Positions 11,037-24,300 of a stretch of DNA of 39,883 nt are shown here, piece by piece (position 1 is the stretch's first letter; every line of letters begins with the position of its first letter). A model generated the notes under the pieces. That model saw only the letters and a list, made by a program, of their open reading frames with translations. It was not told the origin of the DNA and made no database searches. Made by a program: the position numbers and the translations under genes. The stretch is from Paraglomus brasilianum (lineage: Eukaryota), in assembly GCA_910592345.1 (NCBI GenBank), contig CAJVPI010000241.1, positions 1-39,883 on the forward strand, read 5' to 3'.

Positions 11037-13793
11037 TTATGGTCTGAAGATAACAGACGGAACCGATTTACCCTTGTAGAAAGCAATTGTTTCTCTTGCT
11101 TTAGCAGCAACGTTCTCGGGGGTAAATCCATACTTCTTGTATACTTCTTTATACGGTCCAGATGTACCAAATGTCCTCATGCCAACGTGTGCATGAGAAT
11201 ACGTATCCCATCCGTACGTCGACATTGCCTCGACACTAACAACGGGGATGCCGTCAGGGAACACACTCGAGCGATATTCAACACTCTGTTCTCCGAACAA
11301 CTCGAACGAAGGCATAGACACCACACGTGGTTTAATTCCTTCAGATTTCAAAAGCTTCGCCGCGTCAACCGCGATTGAAACTTCAGAGCCCGTACCCACA
11401 AGAGTAATATCTGCATTGTCTACCTCCTCAAGGACGTAACCTCCTTGAAGAGTTTTCTCGACAGATGAATTGTGGAGTTGGGGGAGATTCTGACGAGTGA
11501 GAGCAAGGACTGATGGTCGGTGATGATTATTTAAAGCGGCGAGATATGCTCCTGATGTTTCGTTGCCGTCTGCCGGACGCAAGACCAAAATGTTAGGAAG
11601 TGCACGGAGGGCAGCCAGTGTTTCTATTGGTTGATGAGTAGGTCCGTCTTCGCCTGTTATTTTGATAGCGGTTGGTCAGCATTACAAGATTATGATGTCG
11701 CATCATTTATACTTTACATATTGCCCTCAAACTATTGTATATACATACCGAGTCCGATAGAATCATGAGTCATAATATATAGCACTCTGAATCCTGTTAA
11801 AGCAGATAACCTTACAGCTCCCCATGCATACGTAATAAAATTTAGGAAGGTACCGCCGAATGGAATGAGCCCACCATATGCTGCAATGCCATTCATGACA
11901 GCGGCCATAGCATGCTCTCTGACACCGTATCTGATATACTTTCCCTTATAGTTTCCTATATTCGTCGATGGATGCTGAAAATCGACAGCTGTCTTCCATC
12001 GAGTGAGATTGGATCCAGTCAAGTCAGCGGAACCGCCAATCAATTCTGGGACTATATCTGCGATCTTATTCAAGACAGTCTCTGATAATTTCCTAGTCGC
12101 TACCGCTGGGTCAGAGGGAGTATAGCGGGGAAGAGCCGCTGCCCAGTTATTGGGAAGTTTATTGGAAAGGCGGCGAATCAAGTCGGCTGCCTGTTAAATA
12201 TGCGACATCCAAGCATGCGTAAGAATTAGTCTCTTATTGCGTTGCTTCACTAGGATATGTGAATTGACTGGGGCTAATCTAATTTTCTTACACACGATGT
12301 ATGGTATGTAAAAATATTACTTACTTCTTCAGGATACTTATCTTTGTAACTGTTCAACAAATTATTCCAGTCATTCTCAGCCTTCTGTCCTCTTTCGCCA
12401 AATGAACGCCAGTATTCACGGACTTCATCTGGTATATAAAAATGTTTGTCGGAATCAAACCCAAACTTTGTCTTGATATTGGCAATATCCTCTGCACTCA
12501 GTGGACTTCCATGAACTTTCTCTGTGCCCTGGTTTTTGGATCCAATACCAATTGTGGTGCGTATTTTGATAATAGATGGTTTATCAGTGACTTTCTTTGC
12601 GTTTTCCACGGCAGCAGTGATACCATTGAGGTCATGATCTCCGTCGGTTATTTCTTGAGTGTGCCAGCCATAGGCTTCAAAGCGTTTAAGAACGTCTTCC
12701 GTGAAGCTAAGTTCGGTGTCACCTGAGAAAGAAAGAGGGACACAATACATAATTATTTATACAAGTTATCACTGCAATGTTACTACACTATTCGCGTTAC
12801 TTTTTTTTTTTTTTTTCCTTCACAAAAGAGTATTTGGCTGCGACTTTGCACAAACCAAGCTTGCTTACCATCAATCGAGATGTGATTATCATCGTAAAGC
12901 ACGATCAAGTTGCCCAACTGAAGGTGACCAGCTAGAGAAGCGGCTTCTGATGCTACACCTTCCTGCAGGCAACCATCACCAGTGATCACGTACGTGTGGT
13001 TATTGAACAGATCAAATCCAGGCTTGTTAAATAAAGCAGCCAGATGTTCTCCGGATATAGCCGATCCGACGGAGTTTGCGAAACCTTGCCCAAGCGGACC
13101 AGTTGTGACTTCGATACCAGGAGTTAGATGTGCTTCGGGATGCCCGGGAGTTCTATACGAGTACATCAAATTGAAAGTTTAGGACGACAGAGTACTTCCA
13201 TAACATGATATATTTCAACACATATTGGTACTTGCTTGCTGTCAGTTTGACGGAACTGCTTCAGGTCGTCCATAGTTACGTCGTATCCGGCTAGATGGAG
13301 CATAATGTACTGCAGTACACATGCGTGTCCATTGGATAGGATGAAGCGATCGCGATTAATCTAATTGAAAAATTCAATTAGTTATTTTATTTTTTAAAAC
13401 AGCCAGCGACTGGGATTTCGGGTTCTCATGATTAAGACGTGTTTTCACGATATCTAGCAATGTCTGGAGTTGCGCGCGATATACTTACCCAGTATGGATT
13501 TGACGGGTTACCGGTAATAAACTTTGAGAATAGAACTTGGGCCATTGGAGCACAGCCCATGGGAGCACCTATATGGAGTGTATTATTAATCGAAACGTCG
13601 AAACAAAGATGTGAATAATCATGTGGATACGCCAATCCACGTTCGATGTTTTGGAGGAGCGGTTTAATACTGTGGATTAATGATAATGTATTTATCGTTG
13701 ATAATTACCTGGATGCCCCGAATTGGCCTTTCTTACAACATCTGCTGCAAGAGTACGAATAGTGTTGATTGAGAGTGCGGTGATATCGGTCAT
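11037..13793 (-). CDS. TKL1: Transketolase, 7 exons
   Basis: Exons 13793-13709, 13568-13489, 13360-13236, 13152-12869, 12722-12325, 12190-11749, 11653-11037. Motifs [74 protein letters not shown]. Confidence 0.98.
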
Positions 13794-15365
13794 GATCGTA
13801 TGCTAATCGATTAGTATCTGTCGCTAGACGTATGCGTATACGGTGAGTTGCAGAAAGAAGGGTGAGTCTCTGTAGCAGCACACACCCCACACATTTTATA
13901 TCGTAATTCACCGGGATCGGCAACAAAATTAATTGCTGATTAATCTGCTCGAGTGTTTGATAACTTCCACTAGATAAGATTTTATAGGCTTGCGTGAGAC
14001 ATCTTATTCCTAATTCGTCGATCTTAATACTCGGGATTGTTGATAACTACAAATATTACGGTTTCGGAATCATACTAATACGCCACAACTGTAGTAGCTC
14101 ATCTTGTTCAAATATTTACCTCACATTTGGCGTAATAAATAGTAAGAGTGAGGTCAATTTATTTATTAAGTTTAGTAACCACTGTATATCTCATCACGGT
14201 ACAAATTGGTATATGTCATACATAAATTATTTGAAAGAGTAGCTGCATAGCAGAAAATATACGGTATATCCAAGAAAGAAAAATTTGTATAGGAGAGGAA
14301 CAGAAAAATGCGTATGAATACTGTTGATGCAACATCGTTGTTATTAATATTAAACCATTTTGATTATTCTCACTTTAATCGAAGTGCGAATTTGGTAAGC
14401 AAAAATCTGGACTAGTCAACTCGTCTCGCAGAAAGCAATTTCAAAGAACTATGCAATAGACATGCATCCTATCGACCAAAGTAAATTTTTGATAGTAAAC
14501 CCATAAAAAGATTATGTAATCAAATAAGGCGCTTACGCAACGTTTGGAATCCGCAAACACCCTTTTGTGTTACAAACGTTTGTGATTGTAACAATGTTAT
14601 AGATACGAACAGTTTATTTCCTGTTTTGATTGTGTGTGCGATATTAATTGCGAATTTCTAGAAAAGGATGGTCGGCTTTTCTGATATAAATAGGCGTTTA
14701 CAAACAAACTTACTTGAGCAGCGCCCGCATTTTTAATTTACATAACGTTGCCATAATACTCTGCAACATCGATAACTCTAAATGTAACACGGGTGTGCCT
14801 TTTTTTTTTCTCCGAAGAATAAAATGGCAGTATAAACAGTGGGTAGAATTTCGACATGTTCCCGTGCTTCGACGTTCAACGTTCTCATTAATGGTTCTAA
14901 TAGTTTACTTTGTAGATAATAACCATTCTGATAATACATTCTCAACTCCTTAATGCATGCACTTACAGTATGCTCAAAAAACCATTGAGATACTTGACCT
15001 CAAAAATAATACGGCAAAATAAAGACTATAACACTCAAACGGGAACAAAGAAAATTCATAAATTTTTCGCAATTTTTATAATTAATTTGCCTGCGAATTG
15101 CGAAGATTAGATCGCGGTTCACTGACAAAACACTAGCGAATTTGGTATGCTTATTATGATCAATCTTGTTAATGGAAAGAAGTAATATAGGCCAGTTCTC
15201 ACGATATTCAGGATTTCCTTGTCGACCATCTTAATAGTCGAGAAAACCCTAGTGACAGGCACTAACATCGAGGAAAGTTTCAGAGTTAGTACTAAGCAAC
15301 GCATGTTATAACTTCAAGTAAAATTTTATCTTAATCAATTGGAATTTTAGCCATGCATACTAATA

Positions 15366-16834
15366 CAGTCCCCGGCGAAAGAATGGCGACCAGTTTTGTT
15401 TTCTTTTAATTATCAATTTTGTTCTTATTATTTTAAAAAACTTTCTTGTTTAACAAAAGTCCAAGACCAATATCATAACTTGCAAAAAAAATTTTAAGAT
15501 AAATAGTGCTTTCTTTACAGTGACTCACAAAACCGGCTCAATGTTTGAAAGAATTGAATGTACAGGCTTATAACTCAACAAATATCCAACCAATATAAAC
15601 GAAATTTAAACTGAATATGTCTTGATTTCTGGCTTTCAATCCATTTTGAAAGGCTTAGTACTTCAAGAGGTACACTCTCTTAAAGTCAATTAGTGCATTG
15701 AGCCAGTTTTGTAACTCATAATCAATTTACCTGTTATGCATTTGTAACTTGTAATATAAACATCTGAACGCGTTTAAACTTACCAAAATAGCGTTCACGC
15801 TTACAAAAGATTATTTACACTTTTTTAATCTTTCTTTTAGATTTGTTGCATTTATATTCCAAAAGAAACTCATAATAATATCCTGCTAATACTTGATAAT
15901 GGACTTTCATCATGTAAAATTGTTGCACAATTAGGTGTCAGCCATACTACCATAGATAGAATATGTGTATTGAGATGCTGTACTGGCCTGCACAGTCACC
16001 AGGCCTAAATCCCATTGAACACTTGTGGCAATACCTTAAACAACAGCTTGCACATATGAGGATAATGAGACTGACCCTATTAGTATGTATGAGCATAGAG
16101 ACTGAGTGGAATAACAGTTATGTGTGGATTTAATTGTGAGTATGCCTAAACATGTTGCAGAAGTCTTAAAACTAAGGATGGATACACTAAATATTAAATA
16201 AAATTTTTCTCTTTTTCTTCTTCAAATGTGAGTTACAAAACTGGCTCAATGCACTAATTGACTTTAAGAGAGTGTAGCTCTTGAAGTACTGAGCTTTTTC
16301 AAATAAAACAAAAATTTATTAAAAGCCAGAAAGCAAGACATATTCAGTTTAAATTTCGTTTATATTGGTTGGATATTTGTTGAGTTATAAGCTTGTACAT
16401 TCAATTCTTTCAAATATTGAGCCAGTTTTGTGAGTCACTGTATATATACATACTAATTTAGACATAATTTTATGAGTAAAAATTTGAGTAAGTTAACAAG
16501 AAGTGAATGCAAAAACTATCTTACACTAACGGACCGAACTAAACCAAAATATATATATATTTGAATTTTAATTAACAAATCTAAAAATGCAAACATCTTG
16601 TAGTAGATTTGAGACAGTTATTATAAGTTCATAGGCAATCCAAATCAAACTGACATTATTAAAATACAATATAAGACAAGAGTAATTTTAACCATGTCTG
16701 ACGTATTATGTAAATAAGAAACATAATAATACGTTTAATATTACTAATACTAATAACAGGTACTCAAATTTTGTAATGTATTTTTATAAAAACCAATAAA
16801 AACGATTGTCACGTCATTCTTTTCGCCGGGACTG
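15366..16834. mobile_element. Non-autonomous Tc1/mariner-superfamily element (~545 bp excluding insert), hosting a nested insertion
   Basis: TIRs CAGTCCCCGGCGAAAGAATG / CATTCTTTTCGCCGGGACTG with TA on both sides (15364-15365, 16835-16836). Confidence 0.85.
15518..16440 (+). mobile_element. Internally deleted Tc1 element with ~200-bp TIRs, nested in the previous element
   Basis: Long TIRs 15518-~15720 and ~16227-16440 starting CAGTGACTCACAAAAC, TA duplication. Transposase relics: HTH NGLSSCKIVAQLGVSHTTIDRI (~15856-15963), WPAQSPGLNPIEHLW (~15984-16028) and GYTKY* ending 16197. Confidence 0.92.
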
Positions 16835-17201
16835 TAGGTCTAAAAATACAATTAAAATAGTCCATGAATTTAGGCATGAGCCATATTAAAACAAAGCTTT
16901 CAAAAAGCGTCATCAGTTATATTAGCAATTTCTCACCACGCCAGTTTATGTAATGATTTTGTTGCAGTCTGCCCGTATTGAATAATTAGTAGTGAATCAA
17001 TCAAACTTATCAAATAGACAGCGGCCAAACAATTGCAAGAAAAATTTCTTAAAAAACGCGTAGAAATTAACCGTCCTTAATATAGTCTTTGACTGAGGAT
17101 TATTTATTTGGTAGCGAAGGACATTCTATTGTTTTACGGTATGCGGTCTGATCGCTGACTCCTGTAATATTCCTTCCTTCTTTCCTTCCTTCATCCGCCT
17201 A

Positions 17202-18491
17202 CAGGGGGGGGGGGGACAAAGGTATTGCACAGTTTTAATTTACTTGGTTCGACAAATTTTTTATATGTAATAAAAAAATTAACTTTTGTGTCACTTACTG
17301 CACCATTTACCTAAATGGGGTTTTTATTTTGATTTAATAAAACGTGTTGCGATGACTCCAAAATAAGTTAACTAAAAACCCCAATTTTTTACATTGGCGC
17401 ATATGGGTCTTGCCAAAGAACTTACTGATTCTCAAAAAGATGCTATAATTGCAGCCAAAAAACTTGGTCACAGTGATGCAGCGATTACAAAAGTGATAGG
17501 ATGTCATCGCACGACAGTTCTACGGTTTTTGCAGCCCACGAATCAAAAAATTCTCCACAAAAATGATCAGGTCGGCCGCGCATTCTCAATCAACGGGATC
17601 GACAAAAATTCAAAACCGCTGTTACTGCGAACAAAAATCACGACAACAGAATCTGAGAGAAATTACTAAAAAGATTTCTAAATCTAAAAACCGACAAATA
17701 TCTATAAAACAGTTCAACGTGCACTTCATGAAAAAAAACTCGCATTCCGTTAAAAAGGCCTCTCATTTCAGAAAAAAATTGAAAAATTCGATTTGAGTGG
17801 GCAATGAAAAGAAGGAATTGGACTGTTGCAGACTGGACGAAAGTCATATGGTCGGATGAATCTACTTTCTCTCAGTTTCAAAAGTCTGGGTGGGGCCGGG
17901 TATGGCGAGAACCGGGAGAAAAATATGGTGAAAATTGTATCGCATCAACAGTGAAGCATTCACCCCAAAAAATGGTTTGGGCATGTTTTTCTTATTTAAA
18001 ACTGGGTCCTATTGTTTCTCTTCAAGGTTTGATAACTGGCTATAAAGGTATACTTGAAGAATATGCCGTTCCCACACTCAAAACATTTGTCCGCCAAAGT
18101 TTATTTTCCAGGAGGACAATGCCCAAACACCGCAAAGGTTGCACGAAACTTTCTTTTTTCCCAAACGTAGAGGTGCTTAAGTGGCCTCCTCAAAGTCCTG
18201 ATCTCAACCCTTTGGGCTGCAGTTGAGGTAGCGCTGCGAAAACGCAATCCTTAGCCTTCAAACGTTCATGAACTTGAGAAGGCGGTAAAAGAAGTGTGAA
18301 ATGCAGCTTCCGCAAAAAATTTAGTACTATCTATGCCCAATCGAATTCAACTGTGATTGCTGCAAATGGAGGAAATACTAAATATTGATGCTTACTTTAA
18401 GTAAATAAAATTTCTTTTGGATTTTATAAGAAAACTTTTTTCAATATCTTAAATATAAAAGTGTGCAATACTTTTGTCCCCCCTCCCCCCG
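17202..18491 (+). mobile_element. Near full-length Tc1-family transposon
   Basis: TIRs CAG(G)nACAAAGGTATTGCAC / GTGCAATACTTTTGT(C-rich)G flanked by TA (17200-17201, 18492-18493), enclosing a transposase pseudogene. Confidence 0.92.
17403..18388 (+). pseudogene. Tc1 DDE transposase, multiply frameshifted
   Basis: HTH (ITKVIGCHRTTVLRFL), RSGRPRIL linker, WTVADWTKVIWSDESTF, FQEDNA in a shifted frame, WPPQSPDLNP, GGNTKY*, spread over several frames with stops. Confidence 0.92.
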
Positions 18492-19229
18492 TACGTCATC
18501 TTTATATTTGGTTCTATCACATTTTTTTAATAACACGTGAACAATAATACGCTAGTATTCTTTCTTTTTCGCGATGAACTTTTTTAACAGTTTCCATTTA
18601 CATAGTCTACTAAGTTTATCTTGCACGCGTAGAAGCATCTATTGATTAGGGGCATCTAGCCATAGATTAAGGAGAAGCTGGGGTATTAAACTAGCCAGGA
18701 AAAAATAGGTCAATTATCAGTGCACATTTTTAATTATTTAAATAGTTTAGTACAACATTTGAATTAAAGTTTGTACTTGGCAACAGAATGTATAAGAGCT
18801 ATCTTCAAAAATTAGCTACTACTGACGCGGGCGTGTAGGCTTTGAAAATATTCCCGGTTAAATTTGAACACAAACTCTCTTCCAGGTGACTGATTACAAC
18901 TTTGTGAGAGAAAAATAAATTTACATCAACTAATATTAATATGCTTTAAGCCAACAGATAAGTTTTTTATAATTATGGCAACAGATACTGAATAATCCTA
19001 CTTTCTTTGTCTTAAAAGTGGCATTTTTTAATTTTGCGATAATGGTTATAAGTAAAAAGTAGCACAATCTGATTGGATTATCAAGGATAAGTTGTCACCA
19101 AATTCCACCTATCAAAATTGTTGCCGGATCTACAAAATTTACTATTAAAACTTATATTTTTTAAAGCTCTTTTTTGGAAGCTGTTTTATATAAGAATTTT
19201 TTGTGTCTTGTTTTATAAAGGTATTAGTA

Positions 19230-20361
19230 CAGTAAACCATCTATTCAAGTACACCCTTGGGAATGCATCAGAATAGAGGGATACATTAATAGAGGGTCAG
19301 CATTTTATTGGTTACACGTTGACTGTTAACAAAATTTTATATAAATACCGTATTTCTCCGACATATATACCCCCCTGTGACTTGTATCCTCTTCTAACCT
19401 GCCAATAAAATCTGCGAATTAAAATTTAACACTATAAGATGCACAAACTTTATTTGATAAAAACGTTCACCGTCAATATTATTGAAACTTATTACTTCAT
19501 CATTTTCGCCCGTCACATTCTCAGTTAGCAATACTAATTCAAGACATGAGATACCGGAGACATAAAAAAGGTTACTTGTGATCACAATCGAATGTTAATG
19601 TTAATTCGAAGTTCTTCCTTACTATACAGTATTTATCTAATGCGTTAATTCTAGGAAATCTGGAATCACGAATTTATCGGCAGCCAATAGAATTTTAGAA
19701 AAACAAATTGAGATATGTACCCACTATCACTACGATTACATGAGTACCCTGGGTACTAAATGAACATGTAGGTGAAATACGATATTATTGCTGCTGATTA
19801 AAAAACTCGTCTATTGTCGTTTGTTTTCATCACATTTATTGATTTTGAATTAATGTAATGATTGCTGTTGCAGGTACAGGAAAGAATGAACAACCTTGCA
19901 GCATTGCTGGTAAGTCAACACTATCATTAACAACATGCACACCTGATGGTTTTCAACAAGGTTTTCAATAAATTTGTCATTATCAGGTACTTCATAAACT
20001 GTTTCTTCTTCTAGATTCAAGAATTCATTAAGACTCATGCTATCAGTTAGGATCTGTAACAATTTGTGCAAGCTCACTAAATCGTTGCAAGGAAGCTCAC
20101 TTGGTTTAGCACTAACATTAGCTGGAAGAATATTAATATTAATATATCTATTGCACTGTCTTTGTATAGACTGATCGTCATAACTTTGACCATTTCAAAT
20201 CACTATGTAACATACATGTTGTACAAATCACATGAAAATCACGGGCGTGCATGTACATATAGTAAATAGTGGGAAACGAAAAAACCATGCGATGCAGAAT
20301 ATGGAGGGTGTGCATCAATTCCTAATTCCCGAGCCATAGTGTGCATGTATGGAGTTCACTG
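19230..20361 (-). mobile_element. Decayed pogo/Tigger (CENP-B-like) element
   Basis: Loosely matching ends TA-CAGTAAACC... and ...GAGTTCACTG-TA. On - strand, typical pogo C-terminal relics MSLNEFLNLEEETVYEVPDND (ORF 19850-20077) and KQTTIDEFF (~19800-19826). Confidence 0.7.
19348..19782. mobile_element. Probable CCGTA-type MITE nested in the pogo remnant
   Basis: Left TA-CCGTATTTCTCCGACAT; right end reverse complement TCGTATTTCACCTACAT followed by TA; 14/17 identity. Confidence 0.55.
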
Positions 20362-20601
20362 TACAATGTTTATGAAACGATACATGTTATGCAGATCATG
20401 TGACCAACAATTGAAAAACAGAAAAGGGCTTTAAAAAATATCGAATTTCATATATGTTTAGAAGAACATTATAATAATCAGACGTGGATAAACAGTATTT
20501 CTATGATTACAAACGTAATGGGATAAAGTTGTATATCGCAATTGTATAAAGACTACACAAAGAATCTTATTTCATTACAATACCGTTGCACCAACATTGT
20601 G

Positions 20602-20905
20602 TTATGGATTCATGTGATAGCAAGCGAGCGAATCAAACAGCTTGATGTCATGTCTATCACAGAGTCGAAACGTTGTTGCCATAAAATCGAACCTTAGTCT
20701 CGTGGATATGTTTCTGAAGAGGAAACATCCATTCGATTGGTGGATTACTTCATCACATACTGTGTAGTACTAGGGATGGTCGACCATGTTTCGCTGTGAG
20801 CACCCTGCATATGCACTCCACTCAATTGCATTTATGGATCGATTGTTCAGAACTAAATGCATTTATGAATATGAATGTAGCCGTCAATATTAGTGCCAGT
20901 TTCAT
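20602..20905 (-). pseudogene. Possible disrupted small secreted Cys-containing protein gene
   Basis: ATG 20905 MKLALILTATFIFINA is signal-peptide-like. A 31-nt insertion bounded by a 10-bp direct repeat and one in-frame TAG (20772-20770) interrupt a 90-codon frame. Candidate upstream intron ~21128-20915 with GTAAGT, GCTAAC and CAG. Confidence 0.4.
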
Positions 20906-21354
20906 ATATGAATGCTGTTTAGTATTTGACCGTGTTAGCCACAACGAGTAAACAAAACAATGTCAAAGTCAGTATCACGTGTTTTCTACGCCAGTGCAAT
21001 CGAAACGCTATTTCCAAATGCGTCATATATGGGCTGTTAAGTAATCAACATTTCACCGACATACCCATCCTAAACCTACTGAGAATACGAAACCATCCAA
21101 TCATAGATCTCTAAATACGTAGCACTTACCGAGCACTTCGGCCTGCGTCTCCCCTTTTTGAGGTTTCGGGCGTTCACCTCTGTAATTTATAGTAAAGATA
21201 TTGTTATTGAAATTTCTTAAACTTAGAAACCGCAATATAAACCAACTTAAACTCAGCCTCTATCTTCCCTTCTCATCCTTTCGAGCTTTACACAAGCAAA
21301 GGCACCGATTATCACTTAATAGTCAGAATAATTTGTGCCATCTGTTAGTGCCTA

Positions 21355-24300
21355 ATGACGCCTACGAAGGTTGAGACTGACACATATACAATATTAAACA
21401 AGATAATAGAGTCAGACATCGACGATGACTTCCTGAAAGACTTTCCATCGGTGCAGCTACCTGGGAATGGAAATTCTCAGACACAGGCATTTCCTCCAGA
21501 ATTAGAAGCAGCACTTGAAGACGATATACAAGCGGCACAATATATAAGTAACTTAAAAAAGCGAATTGAGGCATGGAAAGCCACCGGTTTGACCGACGCT
21601 ATGCAGAGGGCGATGGAGCTGTTAAACGAGGACGGACTAAGCAGTGGTAAAGCAGGTGAAGACGACGATGATACTGACGGAAGGTTAGTACAGATCTTTC
21701 ATGACCTAGCATTTTAGGCGCATCGGATTGCGATTGGACAAGTAGTGATTACAGATTCGTCGTTACGCTTATGTATGCAGTCATGATGAGCCATCAACGC
21801 CAACAACTGAAATCCAAGAGTCTCAACCTCAACCGAAGATAGCAGAGGGTTCGATATCCCGACTAGGTGAGTAATTGTTTAGTCGTAATATTCGAAGTAG
21901 CCAACGTAAGGATCAACTAACACATTTTATCTCCACTCGCCAACATCTTATCCATTTTAGTTAATGGTGTAAAATCCCTAGTCGACATCGAAAAAGATTT
22001 CAATGATCTTCGCATACAGGAGCTGGATCTCCCTACAACTCCCGAAAGTACGATTAAAGCAGTACTTGCTAAAATCTATAAATTACAAGAAGATTTGCAG
22101 ATACATCTACAAGGAGGCCCGCTGGCTAATCCATTGACATTGGGCAGTCAACGAAGGAAAAAGGTGCAGGAGTTATTAGAGAAAGTTATGGGGGAGACTG
22201 CTCTGTATGAAGAGTTTGTTAACAGAGGTAGGCAGATTAAGCTGGGAGTGAGAAGACGCGATTGGAAAGCGTTATTGTTTTTGGTACTTTGATCCGTATA
22301 TTGATTTTGGATTGTCTATCCTTGTCGGGACAGCCCAATACTTGAATCTTGATAGAATATTGAATGAATCTGAAAATTCGAGTGATGATGAGCTTCAAGA
22401 TTCAGAATTGGATACTGAATCCGAGATACATGTATTCGAGGTAAAGTCTCATATGGATTACTATACGCAATGTTTCCATTTGTCATTACTTTGTTTGACT
22501 TGCAAAAACTCGAATAATATTCCCCTGTGAAGGACACACTCTCAGACACATCACGCAAGACAATCAGCACTTCAATGACGTCAATGTCTCCATTGTCTCT
22601 TCGGGCATCGGACCCAAGCCTCCTCAAAATTCGCTCCGCCTCATCTACTACCTCTCTTACGCCATCCCGTACATCATCCAGATACTCACGATCGTCGTCT
22701 CCGCCATTGCTTGTACTTGAAGAGATAGGATTATCTGCTACGTCAGAGTTGGAACCAGGACAAGCATTCCGATGGGCCCCATTAACGACGCTGTCAAGTC
22801 ATTTGTATTCAACGGAAACGAGTCAGAACAATGGGCTGCCCACCGTATCAGCAGTGAGTATATTAGTGTTTTTGGATCGAGGTTTTAGGCAGAATTCTTA
22901 TATAGTAATTAATTCGGAGGAGTTACTATTGAGAAAAATAGAGCTACTATAACAATATGACATGAATCTATGTGCATTTTTACGTCACCTCCAGGTGAGT
23001 GAGTTCATTGCCATTGGCACAACGCGTGGATTGGTCCTTGTCTATAACTACAATCAGAACCTCAGATGCGTACTTGGTAACACTGTAAATGGTAACGTAT
23101 AGAATTTGTTGTAGCCTGAAAGGCTTTGTCATCCATTACTGTCGAATCTAACATACGCCTCTATTTCTCATCCTTCGCTTTCCCTAACAGCCATCGAATA
23201 TGGAGCAGTCACATCACTCGCAATCTCCTCCGACCGCGCTCAAATTATATGTGGCCACGCTCAAGGTCATATTATAATTTGGGATATTGCTCGTCCTAAC
23301 AATCCTGCTCGCACCATCATGCCCATTTCTTCTGCTGTTGCTGCCGGTGGTCGTAAGGAAGGCCATATACGTGGGTCGGCCATTTTACATGTTGGGTTCG
23401 TTGGGGTGAAGAAGAATGGCATTGTCTCGGGAGATGATCGTGTACGTGTTTCTTTTTTTCTTTCTTTCTTTTTTTATAAAAGAAAAACAATTGAGCAACA
23501 AATTATTGTGGAATAGACGAACGGGGTGACGATTGGTGACTAATTCGAGTTGATTGTTTAATTACTTGTCACGATTAGGGTATGGCTTTCTATCATAATT
23601 TGTACAAGGTGATGATGGTAAATGCAACAGAGACAATTCGTATTCTTGGGCGATATCCTCCACCAACGTCAGGGCCGGACAGTAAGTTAGCGCCGAAACG
23701 ACCCAGCACTGTATTTGGTTTGGCTCCATTACCACTGGGACAATCACCTCATGGATCAGAAGCATTTGGACTAGTTGCTATGTTGACCCCATTTAAGGTA
23801 TACGATAAATGATTAGGGCTGTAACATAAATGTTGTTAACAAATGATATTAATATTATTATCAATTATCATATACACAACTATCATCTTCCTATTCATAG
23901 ATGATCATAGTTAGTATAAAACCGACAGTTCAAACGCAGTATAAATGTCCGAGGCCCAAACACACGGTCTCGGACTCGCACGGACCTAAATCACTATCGG
24001 GCTGTCTAGCATGGTTCCCAGCTGTCAAAACCAGGTTGAATCCTGATTCACCATTCATCGATACTGACCCTCTTCTTGCCTTCTCTTGGGGCAGTTATTT
24101 ATCTATATTGAAAGTAACCGTCGCCCCAACAGTTCTGCCCGAAAATTCCTCGAAAAGAAGACGTCCCGAAAAAGATATTCGTTTGGAGTTTGTAAGAGTT
24201 GCAGAATGGAAGGGGAGACACGCTATTGTTGGATTGCAGTGGCTATCTCACCACGTGAGTTGGATTGATTGAATTTACTTGAAATGATTGTTATTAGTTC

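Noticed and set aside
17563..17847. Separate short ORFs on both strands
   Set aside because: They are frameshift fragments or antisense of the Tc1 transposase.
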